Source: an uncultured Clostridium sp.
GTDB lineage: Bacteria > Bacillota > Clostridia > TANB77 > CAG-508
Length of the DNA: 64,000 nt
Direction of reading: 5' to 3'
Assembly (NCBI GenBank): GCA_948441945.1
Contig: CAOJQV010000002.1
Span: 2,390 to 66,389, forward strand
Positions within the stretch are counted from its first letter, which is position 1, and every line of letters begins with the position of its first letter. The notes under the pieces are model-generated. The model did no database searches. It saw only the letters and a list, made by a program, of their open reading frames with translations, and was not told the DNA's origin. The position numbers were made by a program, and so were the translations under genes. Shown one piece after another: positions 36,874 through 46,667 of this stretch.

Positions 36874-39306
36874 TTATTCTTCTGTATCTTTTCTAGTAAT
36901 ATTTGTACTTGTATTACTACTTGTATTTGTATTAGTTGAATTTGTTGTTACATTTGTTGTAGAGTTATTATTTGTATTTGTTGTATTTTGTGTAGTAACA
37001 CTATTTGTTGTTGTATTTGAAGAATTATTTGTAGTATTACTGTTTGTGTTACTATTTGTATTAGTACTAGTGTTTGTATTTGTTATTGTATTTGTTCTTT
37101 CCGCTTCTTGTGGGTCAAGTGCATCTATTTCATTTGTAATATTTTGAATAACATTTTGTACTACATTGTTTTGACTTGTTCCATTTGCATTTTCTTTTAG
37201 CTCTGTACCCTTATGTTTTGTACATAGTTTAGGAACTGTTCCTTTTAAGTAATACTCTGTATAAGTATTTGGACAAGCACTTGTAGCTCTTTGACCTGTT
37301 TCAGAACATATTATTGCAGTTTTTACTGATGATACTTTAGTAAATGTTGCACTTTTTAATCCTCCATGAATTCTTGACATCACATTTGCCCAAATAAGAC
37401 CTGCTGGATTTTTCTTATTAAATTCAATAGTTTCATTTTGGTCAAATCCAAACCAAGTAACAGCTGTATAATATGGTGTAAATCCACAAAGCCATCTGTC
37501 AAAATTACTATCTGTAGTACCTGTTTTTGCTGCTACATCAACTCCATTTATTTTACAATATGTTGCAGTTCCATTACTTCCTTCTACTGGCTGTTTCAAT
37601 ATTTGCTTTAATATGTAAGCTACTTCTTTAGATACAACTCTTTTCTTCTTTTGCTTTGATTTTATAATTGTAGTATTTCCTTTGTCAATTTTTGTATAGA
37701 ATGTTGGCTCTATGTAAACACCATCATTTGCAATTGTTGCATAAGCGCCTGCCATTTCTAATGGACTAATTCCTTTTTCTAGTCCTCCTAATGATAATGT
37801 TAAATTGTTATCTTCTTCTGTTAATGTTGTTACTCCTAATTTTTGTAGATATTTCATAGATGTTTTTGGTTTTAGGTCTGACATAATTTCTACAAATGGA
37901 ATATTTTGTGAAGATTCAACTGCTCTTCTAACTGTTATATTTCCTAATTCTTTATTATAATTAGTTGGATGGTATCCATCTGCAAAATCTTTTTCTGTGT
38001 CATCTACTATTGTTGATGCTGTAATTATATTTTTATCTATTGCTGGTAACAATACTGCAATTGGTTTTATTGAAGAACCTGTTTGCCTTATACTTTGTGT
38101 TGCTCTATTTAAACTTCTTGATTCTTGTTTTTTTCCTAATCCTCCTACACAAGCTAAAACTTGACCTGTTGAATGGTCTATTACTACCATTGCTGCTTGT
38201 GATGTATCACCACTACTATTTTTTGATTTTAATATATATTTGCTTTTATTGAATTCTGTTTCTGTTTCTTTTTGGATTCTAGTGTTTTCTGTACTATATA
38301 TAGTTAAACCAGCCATTTCTAAGTAATTGTTAGCAAAAGTCTCTGATATATTGTATTTTTTCATTATATCCTTCGTTACCTCTGGAATTAAGGCATCTGT
38401 GTGATATGAGTAAATGTTTTTTGAAACATTTACATCTCCTTTTTTGAATTTTAAACCCTTGTCAACATTTGCTATTGCTTCTTTACATGATGTTTCATCT
38501 ATATATCCTAATTCGTTCATTTTGTTTAAAACTATTTTTGTTCTTTTATTTATTTTCTCTAGATTACTTTGTTCTACAAAAGGATTATATGAGTTTGGAG
38601 AATTATTAATTCCTGCTAAGAATGCGCACTCTTCTAATGTTAGTTGATTTACTGATTTATTAAAGTAATAATTTGCTCCTGCTTCTATTCCATATATATT
38701 AGGTCCAACATAAATTATATTTAAGTATGCTTCTAGTACTTCATCTTTTGATAGGACTGTTTCTAATTGGCAGGCTTTCCACCATTCTTTTACTTTTCTT
38801 GTAATGCTACTTGATGAGTCTCCTGTTATATTTTTTACTAGCTGTTGTGTTATTGTACTTCCTCCATAAGATGATGAACCAAAATGTATTACATAAGAAC
38901 CAATTGCTCCTACTGTTCTTTTTAAGTCAATTCCTCCATGTGAATAGTATCTTTCATCTTCAATAGATATGTATGCATTTTTTAAGTCTTTTGGTATTGA
39001 CTCGAATTTTATATATTTTTTATATTTACTATCTCCTATAGTTTCTAAAATATTTCCGTTTGCATCTTTTATTAGTGATTTCTCATTTTTTATCATATCT
39101 GTTGCTAGTTTTTTCCATATATGTGTACTTATTCCTATTTTTATTCCTAAAACTATTACTAATAATATTATTACTAAAAATATTATTTTAAGCTTACTTT
39201 TCTTCTTTTTTTTCTTGGCTTTCTTTTTTTTATTTTCTACATTTTCTTTTTTTCTAAATGCTTTTGGTATATATTCTTCATCTTCTTGATATTTTTTCTT
39301 TTTCAT
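36874..39306 (-). CDS. Class A penicillin-binding protein (transglycosylase/transpeptidase) with an Asn/Thr-rich low-complexity C-terminal tail
   Basis: ISIEDERYYSHGGID, GGSTITQQLVKN (GT51), SIKP (SxxK) and KTGTT (TPase). The last ~70 residues are TNTNTSTNTNSNTNSNTTNNSSNTTTNS... Confidence 0.9.
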   Translation of the reverse strand: MKKKKYQEDEEYIPKAFRKKENVENKKKKAKKKKKKSKLKIIFLVIILLVIVLGIKIGISTHIWKKLATDMIKNEKSLIKDANGNILETIGDSKYKKYIKFESIPKDLKNAYISIEDERYYSHGGIDLKRTVGAIGSYVIHFGSSSYGGSTITQQLVKNITGDSSSSITRKVKEWWKACQLETVLSKDEVLEAYLNIIYVGPNIYGIEAGANYYFNKSVNQLTLEECAFLAGINNSPNSYNPFVEQSNLEKINKRTKIVLNKMNELGYIDETSCKEAIANVDKGLKFKKGDVNVSKNIYSYHTDALIPEVTKDIMKKYNISETFANNYLEMAGLTIYSTENTRIQKETETEFNKSKYILKSKNSSGDTSQAAMVVIDHSTGQVLACVGGLGKKQESRSLNRATQSIRQTGSSIKPIAVLLPAIDKNIITASTIVDDTEKDFADGYHPTNYNKELGNITVRRAVESSQNIPFVEIMSDLKPKTSMKYLQKLGVTTLTEEDNNLTLSLGGLEKGISPLEMAGAYATIANDGVYIEPTFYTKIDKGNTTIIKSKQKKKRVVSKEVAYILKQILKQPVEGSNGTATYCKINGVDVAAKTGTTDSNFDRWLCGFTPYYTAVTWFGFDQNETIEFNKKNPAGLIWANVMSRIHGGLKSATFTKVSSVKTAIICSETGQRATSACPNTYTEYYLKGTVPKLCTKHKGTELKENANGTSQNNVVQNVIQNITNEIDALDPQEAERTNTITNTNTSTNTNSNTNSNTTNNSSNTTTNSVTTQNTTNTNNNSTTNVTTNSTNTNTSSNTSTNITRKDTEE

Positions 39307-39371
39307 TTAATCACCTTTTTTCTATCTTTGTATATTTTAAATTATTTTTTAGAAAATGTCTATTATATTAC

Positions 39372-39397
39372 AAAAAAAAGTAGCTTTTTTGCTACTT
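39372..39397 (-). terminator. rpmE terminator
   Basis: agtagc-tttttt-gctact hairpin, followed by 8 T on the minus strand. Confidence 0.75.
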
Positions 39398-39405
39398 CTT
39401 TTGAC

Positions 39406-39606
39406 TTATGCAAGTCCATATTTCTTTTTAAATTTATCTGCTCTACCACCAACTGTTTCTTGTCTTAAGTTTCCTGTCCAGTATGGATGACATTTTGAAC
39501 AAACATCTACTTTTATATCTTTTTTTGTTGAACCAACTTCTAAAACGTTTCCACAAGCACAAGTAATTGTTGTTTGGTTATATGTTGGATGTACTCCTTC
39601 TTTCAT
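39406..39606 (-). CDS. rpmE: 50S ribosomal protein L31 (Zn-ribbon type A)
   Basis: MKEGVHPTY...CACGN...[10 protein letters not shown]. Confidence 0.95.
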   Translation of the reverse strand: MKEGVHPTYNQTTITCACGNVLEVGSTKKDIKVDVCSKCHPYWTGNLRQETVGGRADKFKKKYGLA

Positions 39607-39682
39607 TTATTTTCACCTCTTTTTCGTATTTTATAACATGACTGTTTTTTATAATAACATATTTTTTATAATTTATCAAGTA

Positions 39683-39877
39683 TTATTTTTGAGTATTTTC
39701 ATTTTTTTGTTCGTCAAATATATACTGTGCTGATTGTAGCATTTCTTTGTTTAATGATAACTTGTTTACTAATTTTCCCATTATATTAAATACACAAGCT
39801 ACTATTAAAATTATCATTCCTATTTTCTTCCAGTATCTTTTTAACATATTTTTTCTCCTTTTTTCAAAATAATACAT
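39683..39877 (-). CDS. Small membrane protein, 64 aa, hypothetical
   Basis: Single TM helix (IGMIILIVACVFNIMG). No family recognised. Confidence 0.35.
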   Translation of the reverse strand: MYYFEKRRKNMLKRYWKKIGMIILIVACVFNIMGKLVNKLSLNKEMLQSAQYIFDEQKNENTQK

Positions 39878-40139
39878 TTATATTATACTGTTTTTTATAG
39901 GTTTTGTCAATGGATTATAAATTTAAGTTTTGGGTTTTTCTATCGTTGCATGAATTTCTTTTTTTAAACGTTCTAGAGATACAGCCGAAGGTCTTTTTTC
40001 AGGTGGTACCTGTTTATAAGTTACTCTAAATACATATTGTTTACTTATTTCCATTATATATTATCACAAATATTATCAATTTTCAATATTTACATATGTT
40101 TAAGTTATAATTCCTATAAAATCTCTAGGAATTAAACAT

Positions 40140-41009
40140 TTATAAAAAAACCACCTTTTGTATTTCTCTATTTTCAATCAATTCATAAATCTGCCTATTA
40201 TTTTTTATGTCTTCAATATTCTTACCATGCATTGTAAAAATACCTTTAACACCAGAATATAATGCATAATGAATTGCTTCCACATCTTCTTTACTACCAA
40301 TCTCATCACACGCAACAATCTCAGGCGCCATTGTTCTAATTAACATATGGATTCCTTTGTTTTTATCAACATTTTCTATAATATCAGTTCTAATTCCAAC
40401 ATCATTTTGTGGAATCCCTTTATGCATAGCTGCGATTTCTCCTCTTTCATCTACTACTCCACATGCTCTACCTCTAAAGTTTATTTCATCTATTCCATTA
40501 CTTAGTCTTCTAATTATATCTCTCAACATTGTAGTTTTCCCTTTCCCTGGAGCTGCTACAATAATTGTATTATAAATAGTTTTATTTTCCATATCTATAA
40601 TTTCTCTTAATACTCTTGTGCTACAATTTAAGACTTCTCTTGCAATTCTAAAATTTAAACTTGATATGTATTTTACATTTATAATTTTCCCATTTTCTAT
40701 TACACAACTTCCTGTAAGCCCTATTCTATGTCCTCCTCTAACTGTAATAAATCCTTCACATATTTGATTTTTATATGCATATATTGAATTTTCACAAATT
40801 CTTTCTACTATTTGTAAAATTTCAGTTTGTTGTATGTCATACTGTAATATTAAATCTTTTTCTCTTAATTTTAATATAATTGGTCTATTCGCTCTAATTC
40901 TAATTTCTTGGACTTCTTCAATTATTTTGTTATTTTCTTGAAATAAATTTGAAAAAATTTGATATATTTTATTAGGAAAATATCGTAATATTTCATCTAC
41001 GTTTTTCAT
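40140..41009 (-). CDS. spoIIIAA: Stage III sporulation protein AA-like ATPase
   Basis: 289 aa. Walker A AAPGKGKTTMLRDIIRRLS and ACDEIG Walker B-like. The overall layout matches the SpoIIIAA family. No spoIIIAB-AH genes follow it. Confidence 0.7.
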   Translation of the reverse strand: MKNVDEILRYFPNKIYQIFSNLFQENNKIIEEVQEIRIRANRPIILKLREKDLILQYDIQQTEILQIVERICENSIYAYKNQICEGFITVRGGHRIGLTGSCVIENGKIINVKYISSLNFRIAREVLNCSTRVLREIIDMENKTIYNTIIVAAPGKGKTTMLRDIIRRLSNGIDEINFRGRACGVVDERGEIAAMHKGIPQNDVGIRTDIIENVDKNKGIHMLIRTMAPEIVACDEIGSKEDVEAIHYALYSGVKGIFTMHGKNIEDIKNNRQIYELIENREIQKVVFL

Positions 41010-41020
41010 CTTTCCTCCTT

Positions 41021-41168
41021 GTCCTCAAATGTCTCAAAAGTAAACGTCCCTTTTTAAGATAGCTGTTCGAATGATAGTGATGCTATAGCTGTTGAGGCTT
41101 TGCCGATTACAGATATAGTATACAGAGTAGTTACGGATATCTTATGCCTTGTGCTGGGACATTATATT
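41021..41168. repeat. Single arm of palindromic element family B, split by a ~100-nt nested insertion; spoIIIAA leader
   Basis: aaatgtctcaaaagtaaacgtccctttt (41027-41054) [100-nt insert] gggacattata (41156-41166) aligns with uvrA arm aatgtcccacaggtaaacgtcccttttgggacattata. The insert has ends taagata...tatctta. Confidence 0.7.
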
Positions 41169-41181
41169 ATATTCTTAATTT

Positions 41182-41934
41182 TTGCTATTATTCCAATATT
41201 TTGGTATGTTTTTTTTGTTTTGGGTTACACTATTTATGGTGATTAATTTGAAAAATAAATGGTGGATTATTTTAATTTTTATTCTTATTATTGCACTAAG
41301 TTTTGGAATTTATTTTATTACTAAAAATAAAAATTCTGATAATTCTTATGATGCAAGTAGAATATCTGTAAGTCAAGAAGATGCAAATAAAACTGAGAAT
41401 AATGATGATAATAAAGATGAGAAAAATGTTATAAATATTACTAGAAATGCTAGTGACAATGATTCTCCTAGTCTAAGTGAAGAAGTTATTTCAACTTTTT
41501 CAACTAAAATATATTCTAATGAGTCATCTAGGCAAAATAATGTGAATCTTACTTGCTCTAAATTAAATGGTGCTATTGTTCCAAATGGGTCTACATTTTC
41601 TTTTTGTAATACTTTAGGCCCTGCTACCTATTCAGATGGTTTTCAAAAAGCTGATGTTTTTGACCAAAATGGAAATAAGGAAAAAGGATTAGGCGGTGGA
41701 AAATGTCAAGTAAGTACTACCTTGTATAATGCTGTACTTGCAGTTCCTACTTTAGTTGTGACTGAGAGACATCCTCATAGTAATAAAGTTCCTTATATAG
41801 AGACTGGTAAAGACGCTGCTGTTAGTTATGGTAGCTATGATTTGAAGTTTGTAAATAATTGTGGATTTGATATTAAAATTATGGCTGCAACAGATGGTAA
41901 TACTATTACTACATCTTTGTTAAAGGTTAATTAA
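41182..41934 (+). CDS. VanW-domain protein with an N-terminal membrane anchor
   Basis: ..IVPNGSTFSFCNTLGPATYSDGFQKA....GGGKCQVSTTLYNAVL...ERHPHS..VPY...G.DAAVSYG.YDLKF.N. The exact start is uncertain. Confidence 0.75.
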   Translation: MLLFQYFGMFFLFWVTLFMVINLKNKWWIILIFILIIALSFGIYFITKNKNSDNSYDASRISVSQEDANKTENNDDNKDEKNVINITRNASDNDSPSLSEEVISTFSTKIYSNESSRQNNVNLTCSKLNGAIVPNGSTFSFCNTLGPATYSDGFQKADVFDQNGNKEKGLGGGKCQVSTTLYNAVLAVPTLVVTERHPHSNKVPYIETGKDAAVSYGSYDLKFVNNCGFDIKIMAATDGNTITTSLLKVN

Positions 41935-41968
41935 AAGAGAATCATATATGTACTGATTCTCTTGTTTT

Positions 41969-42790
41969 TTATTTTGATATTATCTTATTAATTTCAGCTC
42001 CTAAAAACACAATATAAAAACAGGCATAAGTCCACATCATAATAAGCATAAGTGTTGATAAACTTCCATAAGTTATCGAAAATCCTTTAAAAATATATAA
42101 ATATTGTGAAAAAATGAATGATACCACATTTAACGCAATTGCTCCTAATATTGCCCCTGGTATCTGACTTTTAAATGTAGTTTTATGTTTTGGCATAAAT
42201 TTATATAAAAATAAAAATATAGAAAATGTTATTAATAAAAAGCCGATCTCTGTTGCAACACCTGATAATATATTAAAATTTTTAAGTCCTCCAAAGTGGA
42301 TTTTAATTACATCTATTAAACTGCTTCCAAATACTAATAAAGTTAATCCTATAGTAATTAGGACAATAAATATAATTGTTTCTATAATTGCCTTTAATCT
42401 TAAATACATATAAGATGTTTTTTTATCTCCCTCAGTTTTATAAACTGACTGCATTCCTTTTGTTAATGCATACAATCCTTTTCCTGCTGACCACAATGTA
42501 AATATTATTGAAATTGAAATTGTTCCAATTGATTTAGAATAAACTTCTTGCACAATTCCTAATATTATCTCATTCATGCTAGTTGGTATGATTTTAGAAA
42601 TCACTTCAAATAAAGTTTGCTGACTAATATTGGTAAATTGGATTAATGTTATTAATAAAATGATAAATGGAATAAAAGATAAAATTGTATAATATGAGCA
42701 TTGTGCCGAAAATTCACTTACATTATCATCACTCATATTTATTAATAATTGATTTATCCTTTCATATTGTTTTTTTATAAAGTTTTTCAT
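41969..42790 (-). CDS. YihY/BrkB-family membrane protein
   Basis: 273 aa, 6 TM helices. N-terminal ..FSAQCSYYTILSFIPFIILLITL.. is typical of the family. Confidence 0.7.
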   Translation of the reverse strand: MKNFIKKQYERINQLLINMSDDNVSEFSAQCSYYTILSFIPFIILLITLIQFTNISQQTLFEVISKIIPTSMNEIILGIVQEVYSKSIGTISISIIFTLWSAGKGLYALTKGMQSVYKTEGDKKTSYMYLRLKAIIETIIFIVLITIGLTLLVFGSSLIDVIKIHFGGLKNFNILSGVATEIGFLLITFSIFLFLYKFMPKHKTTFKSQIPGAILGAIALNVVSFIFSQYLYIFKGFSITYGSLSTLMLIMMWTYACFYIVFLGAEINKIISK

Positions 42791-42800
42791 AGTCTCTCCT

Positions 42801-43577
42801 CTATTTTTTATTTTTCTTTATGTCATTTATTTTTTCCTTAATTTCTTCTCTTTGTTTTTTTACATTTTCTTTAAATTCATTTTTTTGTTCTGTTACTTGT
42901 CTTTTTATATCTTCTTTCTTTTGCTTTATTTTTATTTTAATTGATTGAATATTTGGATATGCATTTAAGAATCTTCTATATAGTGCAGATTTTGCTATTA
43001 ATATTTCTTTTACTTTACTTGTAATTTCTTCTGTATTATCTAGTTCTTTTCCAATTTTCTTTGTTGTTCTTCCTAATGTTCCAATTACTTTTGTAGATAT
43101 TATATTATCTAGTAAAAATATTATAAGTATTGTCCAAAATAATATATTTAACCACAACTCTGGTAACTTATAAAGCTTGTCTAATATAAATGGATTTGAA
43201 ACAGACATAATAAACATTCCTAATAATCCAAATGGTATAATTGTATTTAAGCATACTCTTCCATTTATATTATATTTTCTTTGGCTATAATCCCACCATC
43301 TTGCATGAAATAGCTTCTCCATAAAATAGCTTGTTAAGTACTCTAAAGTACCACATATTACAATTGCCATCACAAATAATGCAGTTGGGTCTTTTATATA
43401 TTTTTGAAGTAGAAGCGTAATTAATATTGCACCACATCCATAAATTGGACAAAGTGGTCCAATTAAGAAACCTCTATTAATAAATCTTTTTAATTGAATC
43501 AGTTTTCCAATTACTTCCATGCACCATCCTATAAATGCATATATTATAAATAATAAAAAGTATATTCTTATATCCAT
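42801..43577 (-). CDS. Membrane protein (resembles the DUF1113 / putative type IV ABC-transporter family) with a Lys-rich C-terminal helix
   Basis: FLLFIIYAFIGWCMEVIGKLI...RGFLIGPLCPIYGCGAIL. The family name is from memory. Confidence 0.55.
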   Translation of the reverse strand: MDIRIYFLLFIIYAFIGWCMEVIGKLIQLKRFINRGFLIGPLCPIYGCGAILITLLLQKYIKDPTALFVMAIVICGTLEYLTSYFMEKLFHARWWDYSQRKYNINGRVCLNTIIPFGLLGMFIMSVSNPFILDKLYKLPELWLNILFWTILIIFLLDNIISTKVIGTLGRTTKKIGKELDNTEEITSKVKEILIAKSALYRRFLNAYPNIQSIKIKIKQKKEDIKRQVTEQKNEFKENVKKQREEIKEKINDIKKNKK

Positions 43578-43588
43578 ATTTACCTCCC

Positions 43589-43610
43589 TGAGACAATGGG
43601 GACAGTCTTA
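43589..43610. repeat. Solo terminal repeat of family A, occupying the whole recG-stop to SD gap
   Basis: Minus strand taagactgtccccattgtctca + gggaggtaaat ATG. Identical to the right TIR of copy 2 (29928-29950). Confidence 0.75.
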
Positions 43611-45668
43611 AATCTCTATCCTATTCATAAATTTATCTTTCACTAAATCTTTTAATAATTTATTTTGGTCTTTTTCTAATTTAGGGTCTTTTTCAATAAT
43701 TGTAATTGCCACTTCTTGTGCTAATTTTAGCATTTCTATGTCTGTAAATAAGTTTGCTATTTTAAAATCTGGGATTCCATGCTGATTAGTTCCAAAAAAG
43801 TCTCCTGACCCTCTTAGTTCTAAATCTTTTTGGGATATTATAAATCCATCATTTGTGTCACACATAACTTTCATCCTTTGTCTTGTGTTTTCACCTTTCC
43901 CCTTATATTTTAGTATACAATAAGATTGATATTCTCCTCTTCCTACTCTTCCTCTCAACTGATGTAGTTGTGCTAGTCCAAATCTTTGGGCATCTTCTAT
44001 TACCATTATACTAGAATTTGGAACATCTACTCCTACTTCAATTACTGTAGTTGATATTAAAATTTGTATTTCTCCTTTTTTAAATCGTTCCATAATTTCA
44101 TCTTTTTCTTTTTGTTTCATTTTTCCATGAATATATTCTACTGTATAATTTGGAAATGTTTCTTTTTTACATTTTTCATATAGGCTTATGACTGATTTTA
44201 GGTCATTTTCTTCATCTTCACTATCTTCTACTAATGGACATACAATATAGGCTTGTCTTCCTTCTTCAATTTGCTTTATGACAAAGTTGTTTACTCTTTC
44301 TTCTAATTTTTTACTTACTGCATAAGTTTCTATTTTTTTTCTGTTTGGTGGTAACTCATCTATAATTGATATATCCAAATCTCCATACAAAATTAGTGCT
44401 AGTGTTCTTGGAATTGGTGTTGCTGACATAACTAGTACATCTGGATTTTGTCCTTTTTCTGCCATTTTTGTTCTTTGTTTTACTCCAAAACGATGCTGTT
44501 CATCTGTTACTACTAAGCCTAAATTCTTGAATTTCACATTTTCTTCAAGCATTGCATGTGTTCCAATTAAAATATCAATTTCTCCATTTTCTAGTTTTTC
44601 TAATATTTCTGTTTTTTTACTTTTTGTAATTCCTGATATTAATAATTCACATTTAATGTCAAATTGATTTAATATTTTTTGAAAATTTACTAAATGTTGA
44701 GTTGCTAATATTGCTGTTGGTGCAAGAATTGCTACTTGATATCCAGATTTAACTGCTTTATATCCTGAAATCATTGCTACTATAGTTTTTCCTGAGCCAA
44801 CGTCTCCTTGTAATAATCTATTCATTGATTTATCTGATTCCATATTGTTATCAATTTCTTCTAATACTTTTAATTGTGCTTTTGTTAAATTAAATGGCAA
44901 AGTATTTATTACATCTGACATAAGTACGTTTTTATCAAATCTTATTCCTTTTTGTTCTGTTAGATTATTGTTCTTTAATTGTAATAATGCTAATTGTGTT
45001 GATAATAATTCTTCAAATACTAATCGATTTCTTGCAGTTTTAAAATTTTCAAATTCTTTTGGAAAATGAATATCTTGCGTTGCTTGGTTGATATTTTCTA
45101 AATTATATTCTTCTAATAAGTATTGTGGTAATGTTTCTTTTAAACCACCTTGTTTATTTACTTCTTCTAAGCCATTTTCGATAATTTTACGAATTGTATT
45201 TTGCGTTAGTTGATAAGTTAGTGGATATATTGGTATTATCTTGCCTGTATTGTTTTTCTTTTCTATTTCATCAAATACTGGTGAGTTTATTTCTATTCTT
45301 CCATATTTATTATTTATTTTTCCATAAAATCTATACTTTTTTCCTATTTCAAATTTACTTTTTAAATAGCTTTGATTAAACCACGTTATAGTTGCAACTG
45401 CTGATTCATCTCTTACTTGGAGTTTTTGTATTGTCTTTTTATTTTTTAATCTTGTATCTGTTAATCTAGATGTTGCTACTACTTCTATTGTTGCTTCTTC
45501 TCCATCATAACATTCATATAATTCTTTTGGTTTACTTCTATCTTGATAGTCTCTTGGATAATATGTAATTAGGTCTTTTAATGTAAATATGCCGATTTTA
45601 TTTAAAAGTTGAACTCTACTTGGTCCAACTCCTTTTATGTATTTTACATCTTTTTCTAATTCTATCAT
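43608..45668 (-). CDS. recG: ATP-dependent DNA helicase RecG
   Basis: 686 aa. Wedge/OB N-domain, LLQGDVGSGKT, VTDEQHRFG, SATPIPRT, QLRGRVGRG. Confidence 0.95.
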   Translation of the reverse strand: MIELEKDVKYIKGVGPSRVQLLNKIGIFTLKDLITYYPRDYQDRSKPKELYECYDGEEATIEVVATSRLTDTRLKNKKTIQKLQVRDESAVATITWFNQSYLKSKFEIGKKYRFYGKINNKYGRIEINSPVFDEIEKKNNTGKIIPIYPLTYQLTQNTIRKIIENGLEEVNKQGGLKETLPQYLLEEYNLENINQATQDIHFPKEFENFKTARNRLVFEELLSTQLALLQLKNNNLTEQKGIRFDKNVLMSDVINTLPFNLTKAQLKVLEEIDNNMESDKSMNRLLQGDVGSGKTIVAMISGYKAVKSGYQVAILAPTAILATQHLVNFQKILNQFDIKCELLISGITKSKKTEILEKLENGEIDILIGTHAMLEENVKFKNLGLVVTDEQHRFGVKQRTKMAEKGQNPDVLVMSATPIPRTLALILYGDLDISIIDELPPNRKKIETYAVSKKLEERVNNFVIKQIEEGRQAYIVCPLVEDSEDEENDLKSVISLYEKCKKETFPNYTVEYIHGKMKQKEKDEIMERFKKGEIQILISTTVIEVGVDVPNSSIMVIEDAQRFGLAQLHQLRGRVGRGEYQSYCILKYKGKGENTRQRMKVMCDTNDGFIISQKDLELRGSGDFFGTNQHGIPDFKIANLFTDIEMLKLAQEVAITIIEKDPKLEKDQNKLLKDLVKDKFMNRIEI

Positions 45669-45724
45669 TTATTCCTCCATATTGTTGTAGTTCCTCTTCA
45701 ACTTAGTTTACTATATTAAAAATA

Positions 45725-45804
45725 AAAAAGCAAGAAGATTATGGCAAGTAGCTTAAAATTTTTAAACATAGAGTGCCTACTTGCCATAATATTCCTGCTT
45801 TTTT
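45725..45804. terminator. Long hairpin (about 26-bp imperfect stems, 25-nt loop) downstream of the M23 gene
   Basis: aaaagcaagaagattatggcaagtag ... ctacttgccataatattcctgctttt, flanked by A and T runs. Confidence 0.6.
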
Positions 45805-46600
45805 ATTTTAAATATACATTTGGATTTACTTGAACAGCATCTTTTAGTATTTCAAAGTGAAGATGTGCTTCATCTGCTATTTCAAATGCTGCTGTATTTC
45901 CTACTGTACCTAGTGATTGCCCTTTTTCTACCTTTTCACCTTCTACAACAAATTCAGATGTTAATAAATTTGAATATACTGTTTGGAATCCATTAGCATG
46001 TTCAATTACTATAGTTAATCCATATCTAGGGTCATTTTTAATTGTTTTTACTGTTCCTGCTTCTGCAGCTTTTACTATAGTTGTTTTATCTGCTTTAATA
46101 TCAATTCCTGTATGAGTTGTCCATTCTTTTAATGTATCTGAATATACTAAATTGTCTACCGCAAAGTCTTTTACTATATCTCCTTCAACAGGTTTTGTAA
46201 AGTTTAGTTCTACTACTACTTCTTCTGTTTTTATTTCGTTTGTAGTAGTGTTTGTTTTACTAGATTGTGTAATTTTGTTAGTTGTTAATACTTTTTGTTT
46301 ATTAACTGTTGTATCTTCTTTTGTTGTATTTTCTGCAACTTCATTTTTAGATTCTTTAACAGTTTTTCCTATTTCTAAACTAGCACTTTCTGTATTTTCT
46401 TCTGTATTTGTAGTATTGAAAATGCTAGATATTTGTTCACTTGTTAAAGTTCCTTCTTTTACATCTTCATTTAAATTTTTACTATAAATTAGTAACCCAA
46501 AAACTATGACAGCAAGAATTGCAACTCCTATTGCAGCATACTTTATTATTTTAACATTTAAATCTTCTTGGTTATGTCTTTTTCTTACATCTCTTCTCAT
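45803..46600 (-). CDS. M23/LytM-domain protein with an N-terminal TM helix; SpoIIQ-like by position next to spoIID
   Basis: TM helix IKYAAIGVAILAVIVFGLLIY. LytM domain with HTGIDI and HLHFEI metal ligands. SD aaaggagg. A sigma-F-like promoter lies upstream. Confidence 0.6.
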   Translation of the reverse strand: MRRDVRKRHNQEDLNVKIIKYAAIGVAILAVIVFGLLIYSKNLNEDVKEGTLTSEQISSIFNTTNTEENTESASLEIGKTVKESKNEVAENTTKEDTTVNKQKVLTTNKITQSSKTNTTTNEIKTEEVVVELNFTKPVEGDIVKDFAVDNLVYSDTLKEWTTHTGIDIKADKTTIVKAAEAGTVKTIKNDPRYGLTIVIEHANGFQTVYSNLLTSEFVVEGEKVEKGQSLGTVGNTAAFEIADEAHLHFEILKDAVQVNPNVYLK

Positions 46601-46630
46601 AAAATCCTCCTTTAATTTTGTTTCTATTAC

Positions 46631-46660
46631 AATTATTTCCGGATTTTATAAAAATATACA
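46631..46660 (-). promoter_or_regulatory. Possible sigma-F-type forespore promoter
   Basis: Minus strand tGTATAtttttataaaatccGGaAAtAATt resembles GYATA-N14/15-GGnnAnAnT. Confidence 0.35.
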
Positions 46661-46667
46661 TTGTATT

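Noticed and set aside
36863-37147. 94-aa plus-strand ORF of V/F/L repeats
   Set aside because: It is the reverse complement of the Asn/Thr-rich low-complexity tail of the PBP gene.
39923-40054. 43-codon minus-strand ORF (MEISKQYVFRVTYKQVPPEKRPSAVSLERLKKEIHATIEKPKT) just downstream of the spoIIIAA-like gene, with a TTGAAA...GATAAT promoter-like sequence directly abutting the ATG
   Set aside because: There is no SD, so it would have to be leaderless. The promoter spacing is ambiguous and I recognise no homologue. The evidence is too weak to call a gene.
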